64,000 nt of DNA from the human T2T-CHM13v2.0 reference genome, Homo sapiens, in NCBI RefSeq assembly GCF_009914755.1, contig NC_060929.1. One strand, 5' to 3'. Below the pieces are notes generated by a model. The model was not told the DNA's origin. It made no database searches and saw only the letters and a program-made list of their open reading frames with translations. The translations under genes were made by a program, and so were the position numbers. Positions 57,981-64,000 of this stretch are shown here, one piece after another (position 1 is the stretch's first letter; each line of letters begins with the position of its first letter).

Positions 57981-59639
57981 AAGAAATAGCTAGTATAAAA
58001 AATTACTGTGGAAGAGAAGGGGGACTCAAGTACTCCTCAAATGAAGTACGTTAATAAAAGTGTGAATTGGAACAACAGTTCTGGAGGGAAGTTTGCCAAA
58101 ATTTATTGGAAGCTTTGGAAGCCCTTTGTTTCAATAATTTCACTTAAGGAAATCTGTCCTAAGGAAATAATCAGAGAAGCATAGAAAATTTTAAATAAAA
58201 GAGTATACATCAGAATATCCATAACAGTTTCCTTTTATATGTTTTCCTTTGTTCTTTAATTTTCATTATTCTATTCTTGTTTTTCAACTTTAGCCAACCA
58301 AAAATATTAATTCCTAATTAGTAAAGAACCCCAATAAATATTATTTCCATATAGATTTTATATATTATATATATATATGTTAGAAATTGAATTCTAATCC
58401 ATTTGAACTACATGTAATAGTCACTCAAGGGTTAAATTTTTTTCTTACTGTCTTTGTTACTTCTCAGGCCAAAAAATAGTTCTTTTATATCTTCTATGTG
58501 TTGGTGACAGGAATGTTTTAAATGGTAGAAAACAGAAACTATAATGGAAGGATAACTGATACAGGAAGAGGCTCTGTGTGCTTAAAATGCAAGGCCATCT
58601 ACTGTGGGAATTCAGAGGTCTTGGTTTAGATTCTAGCCCTGTTACTAACCTTGGGCAAATCTTTTAATCCCTATTGGAGACAATTTTCTTTTTATTAGTC
58701 GAAGCATGTGACCTTGCCATTTTTGTCGGTCAAAATGGTTTCATACCAGCAATTTCTAGTTCAACCTAATAAAAATGAGTAATAGACTGTCTCATAACTC
58801 CAACAAACTATGGGTCTATTGTAAAGTTAATGCTGTTGCGTCCCAAAAAATAATAGTAAGTGGTTTCTTCTTATTCAGATGGTCTACTTTTAGGAGGCAA
58901 ATGAGCTCCTTTGGCCATTCAGAAACCTTCTCATATCATATAGCTCAGCAAACCTAGGACCTATTCTTTCACCTAAAAAAAGATTTTTTTCTGTTCACAA
59001 TTCCATGTTATGCATTGAAACATATAAAATATTAGAAGCCACTAGGTTAAAAAAGATAATTGTTACAATTTTAGTTAATCTTGGTTAAAGACATTGAAAG
59101 CCCTTCAATAAATCAAAGAAAGTTTAAGAATAAATTAGTAAATATGAGTACTGAACATTTTTATAAATATCATTAAAAAATCTTAAGTCTTGCATAGTTT
59201 TCAGACTCTAGGGCCTAAATTTCATGTTTGATGAGTGAGGGAAAAGGAGCAAAATTGTAGAAAAATATTTACTTAAAAAGGGGTGCAAATTCTAAAGATT
59301 TGAAGTTACTTTAAATAATATTATTTCATTCATTTATAATTTCTGTAAAGTGCCCTAATTTTCCATGTTTTCACTTAGAGCTAAGAAAAATTAGTTTGTT
59401 GATGTGGTGTGAATGCCCTAATAGAAATAATAATAGACTCAGAGTTATTGCAGGGAAACCATGGAAGTTTTCTTATGTAAATATGGAATTTTTCTGACCT
59501 ATTGTGTGGTAAGATAAAAGAGAGAGCAATGAGATTCAGAAAACTTACGAGCTGAGAACATTTGTTATCACTCAAGTAGGAGTTACACTTCTTTAGGGAA
59601 AACCTGTTTGCATAATAATCCAGCTGTTGGAGGCAGTGA

Positions 59640-60020
59640 TTTTTTTTTTATTATACTTTAAGTTTTAGGGTACATGTGCACAATGTGCAGGATAGTTAAA
59701 TATGTATACATGTGCCATGCTGGTGTGCTGCACCCATTAACTCGTCATTTAGCATTAGGTATATCTCCTAATGCTATCCCTCCCCGCTCCCCCCACCCCA
59801 CAACAGTCCCCAGAGTGTGATGTTCCCCTTCCTGTGTCCATGTGTTCTCGTTGTTCAATTCCCACCTATGAGTGAGAACATGCGGTGTTTGGTTTTTTGT
59901 CCTTGCGATAGTTTACTGAGAATCATGATTTCCAATTTCATCCATGTCCCTACAAAGGCCATGAACTCATCATTTTTTATGGCTGCATAGTATTCCATGA
60001 TGTATATGTGCCACATTTTC
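59640..60020 (-). mobile_element. L1PA 3' fragment (copy 1)
   Basis: TTATTATACTTTAAGTTTTAGGGTACATGTGCAC... L1PA 3'UTR and ORF2 end. Confidence 0.95.
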
Positions 60021-60176
60021 TTTTCTTTTCTTTTATTATTATATAAGTTTTAGGGTACATGTGCACAATGTGCAGGTTAGTTACATATGTATACATGTGC
60101 CATGCTGGTGTGCTGCACCCATTAACTTGTCATTTAGCATTAGGTATATCTCCTAATGCTATCCCTCCCCACTCCC
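60021..60176 (-). mobile_element. L1PA 3' fragment (copy 2), directly abutting copy 1
   Basis: Second AAGTTTTAGGGTACATGTGCACAATGTGCAGG... ending ATCCCTCCCCACTCCC. Confidence 0.93.
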
Positions 60177-61787
60177 GATATTTGGCAGAGGTTCAGGCTC
60201 TTCACCCACTCTCTTCTTCCCTCTGCCCTGACCTTGGTGCTGGTTCTGCTAGAAGTAAACAACCAACCATGTTGCATCACCTCAAGTTGTAAAAATGGCA
60301 TTGGCAACACACTCGAATCAGTAGTCTTTTGAAGTCTTACATTCAGATTCTAGTGGAGACAAAACAAAAGGGTCAGGAATTATTTTGAATTCCTGCCAAG
60401 TGTTTCTTAAACATGGAGCTGATAATTTACTGAAGAAATTGTGGGGATATATCTAAAGTCTTTTTCATCTACTGTCTTGAGACTGCCTGCTTTGAAGTAG
60501 TCTGTCACATACTGACTGGGATGACATGTCTTTGAGAAGTAGTTCCAATTTAAAAAGAGCAGTGAGTCGCCCTTCACGGGGTTGACATGGGCGGTGATCA
60601 TTGATGTAAGAAGGTCAGTCTTTGGAAGAAAATGATGTGGTCAGAAGAGAGGAGCTCAAGCAAAAATTCAGAGAAGGGCACTGAGCCAGTTTCTTGCTTC
60701 CCAGCCAAGCAGGTCCCTCAGTTACAGGGATCCCCTTTGAAGCCAAGACTCTTAAAGGTATGACAAAAACTGAGGAATTTTCATATTGCTTCTTAGGTAT
60801 ATTGAGTGCCAAAGAGTCGCATACCCTGGGATTACCTGTGCCATTCCAATAAATCCCCCAAGGCCCATAGTTACAGATCTGTAGGCAAAGAAATGCCTTG
60901 CATCTTCAAGGATTTGATTGCAGAAACTCATGGGAACAGGAGGAGGGGTTGATAATAGAAGGCAAGAATACTTTTATTGTAGCACCTCTCAGGTTCTTCA
61001 GGCTGTTATTTGTTCCTGGACATTTGGAATATAATCTGGGGAATCATGCTATATTTCAATCATTTCAAAATAATACTAAAAAAGAATTTCATGTGATTAA
61101 TTTAATCCTCCCCTCTTTTCCTTCTGCTTTCTTTCTTCTCCCTTTCCAAACACTTTTCTGACTAGTGGAAATGAGTTGCAGGATAATATAAACTTAATGA
61201 AGCTTCTCATAAATATTTGAATTGAAAACTCTAATGTCTAAAGAAATACTGAAGGGGTCTTTAATAAAGAAACAATTTCTAATGCATTTGGTTATTAAAG
61301 CATTCCTGAGCAAATGCATTAAAACAATCCAAGTCCTGGATAAGAACACTTACAGGGCAGGGAATAGGTTGCTTAAAAGGTATTGAATGTGGCTGTTGCC
61401 TCCTGCTTGGGCAGGTGTCCAATCACAAATGGACTTCCCAAATGGGCTCCTTTGTACCCCACTTTATACTTGGAGAGGACTTGAGTAGTTGAAACTGAAA
61501 TTCCAGAACTTGTTTCTCAAAATTTACTTTGAGATTATTTATCATAAGAAAGATCAGGCTATCCATCACTGGAGGATGAAGATTGAATGCATTTGGCGAC
61601 TGTACAAGTGTCAGTTATTTCAATGAAAAAAGTGAATTGGGATTTTACACTTTTATTTTATAACAGATTGCTGCAGAGTCAAGTTTTAAACAGTTCAGAA
61701 CCTTCTGTTGTCCCTTTGTCTTTGATTAATTTCTCAAAAGCTATAAAACAAATTTTCATGAATTATTTAGCATGTCTACTTTAAACT

Positions 61788-61928
61788 GATATAGATATAT
61801 ACATTTTAAATTTACTGCTTCTCTTCTGAAAGTATGTATATATGTATGTATATACACACACGCGTATACATATGTGTATGAGTAATATGTATATATATAC
61901 ATACATAGGGATGATATATATGTGTGTA

Positions 61929-61962
<34 letters not shown>

Positions 61963-61965
61963 CAC
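61788..61965. repeat. (TA)/(TG)/(CA) compound low-complexity repeat
   Basis: Read directly. Confidence 0.9.
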
Positions 61966-62439
61966 ATTTTTTCTACATAGAGTGCATCTAGTTTCATCAC
62001 ATTTACTTCATCATGTTCACTTGTAAGCCTGTATCATATGACAACCAATGAAACTTTTCTTGCCTTCAGAACTTAAAAGTATTGATTTCTTAGAAATGAT
62101 GCTTTACAAATAAACAAGTACACAAATACATATTCTGTACAGAGGCTGTGGAGGGTCTTTCACATGAGTTCTCATTGAGTTACCATGTGGGTATGCTTGT
62201 TTTAATTTGCAATTTTCATAAAAAGTAGGTTTTAGGTATTCTTTATAACTTATTTCACATATATCTTTTTTTAAGGAAAAGATAAATACAATTTTATTTT
62301 AGAATAAATTCTTGCATAACAATATTAAAATATATTGAAATGTATTTTGATTACCTATTTCTAAAGATAAATAAATAAAAATCTGTTAGAGATATGGCCT
62401 GATGTACAATGAATAAATATAACGTAAGCTCAACTGATT

Positions 62440-63010
62440 TGTATCAGTTAGTACTGTATTCAGCCATGAATTATGGAAAACATGATTAACGGTGGCTTAA
62501 AGTTATGCTGGCCATTTTTATTATATAACAAGAAGTTCTGGGTAAAAGCCATTTTAACCAGAGTGAGATGATACCGTATCATAGTTTTGATTTGCATTAC
62601 TCTGGGGCAGGCAGTCCAGGGATACAGCAACAGGTCCACAGTGTTATCAAAGGCCCAGGCATCTTCTATCTTTCTATTTCTCTATCCATTCATCCTTTCT
62701 ATTCTAGACATGTTGTATGACTTTTCTCTTATGGTGGCAAGATGGCTGCTGCATCTCTATGTGTCACATCAGTTTCCAGGCCAAAAAAAAAGGCAGAGGA
62801 GGAAAAGACTAAAAAAATATTAAGAAGAGCTTGCCAACTGAGCCTATACTTTTAAGTTTCCCATTTGTTCCCGTCTTATCTTTGAGCACAGTGGGGTCCC
62901 AAGATCAGAAGGGAGGCTAATGGGGGTCAGTATTTTAGCTTTCTGGCCTCAATAGAAGAAGTCAAGGCAACTGTTAATGGCCTTGGGAAGTAAATTTAAT
63001 GTCTACTACT
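62440..63010. mobile_element. Old MaLR LTR (MLT1J-like) fragments
   Basis: TGTATCAGTTAG...AACAAGAAGTTCTGGG / GGCAGGCAGTCCAGGG...ATGGTGGCAAGATGGCTGCTGCATCTC. Confidence 0.55.
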
Positions 63011-64000
63011 CCATTCATTTCAACTTTCTACCAGTGGTAATACCAGGCTAAAGAAATACAATAGGAGAAATCCTTTCTGTGATGATTTGTCTTAAAGGAC
63101 ACTCCTATTTTTATTTTTGAGAATATATCTAGAATCCCTAAAGAAACTAGAAACATAAGGGCACCATCCCTTGCATAGTATGCCACAAATGCAGTTTGTA
63201 TGAGATATATAATACCTTGCATCTACAATATTTAAAGATTTCTACCCTTTAAGGCATTTTTATGTTATATATACCTATGCTGTGAAAAATAAAACAGACA
63301 TGAACAACTTATTTCCATTTTTGATGGAATATGTACATGAAGTATTTTACTTAAATTGCGAAACAAATGTTTCAGTGATCATCATTCCTGATTTATCAGC
63401 AGTGTTTCTCAGTGTGAAAAACCTTACAGTTAGCAAAAGTGGCAAATGTGTGACTGCATGCAGAACAGATGGAGTACCTCATCAATTTGTTTTGATCATC
63501 TTACAGAAAAGTGTGATTCCTTCAGGATTAATAGTAAGGAGAGAACGATGACAAAATGTTGGACTGACATGACTTAGACATAGTTTGTATATATAAAGCC
63601 TGAAGACTCATATTCAGTGTTTTTGTCATTGTTATGGTTTCATTTTGCTTTGTTTTATATTTTTTTAATTAAAAGTTGCTTTTTTATTTTCTTACCAACA
63701 ACTGCTAAGGAAAAGGCATGCTAGTTAACCATTTTTTTTAAGGTTGGTCTGAATTGTTAAATATGACAGTTTGAGCTTGGGTGTCTTTAAAAAAAATTAC
63801 TGTCTGATGCAAGAATCAATGTAAACTTTCTATTTTTCAGAGACTTTCAAAACCATATTCTATTGGGTTAGATGACAGCTGGATGACAAAGCAGTGCATT
63901 TATAACAAGGGCAGATACTGCTACTTGCCTACCCACTATTTATTCCCTCCTTCTTCCTTAACATCAGAACCTCACTTTGGTTTGAGACACTAATGTGCCC

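Overview
Primate (most likely human) genomic DNA; no prokaryote-type system is present. The window holds about 20 kb of upstream sequence, the CpG-island promoter and first coding exon (53 codons, 20504-20662) of PRR16 (Largen) on the + strand, and about 43 kb of intron 1. The rest is mostly transposable-element fossils: Charlie1, MER5, MER20 and MER2 DNA transposons; MaLR, ERVL, MER52 and LTR13 LTRs; MIR and L2; more than a dozen Alus; a 5.5-kb L1PA; and a long old L1M. The most interesting signals concern control of the PRR16 N-terminus. An antisense Alu at 37.2 kb has gained a perfect phase-0 GTAAGT donor and an in-frame ATG, encoding an alternative 30-aa N-terminus. A sense Alu fragment 1 kb upstream is 54/56 complementary to that exon. 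A two-ATG uORF ends 23 nt before the main start. A second GC-box/G4 promoter-like block lies in intron 1. A solo LTR13 carrying CTCF, E-box and AP-1 motifs sits about 6 kb upstream. Gene and repeat-family names are from recall, not database searches, and boundaries of old repeats are approximate.
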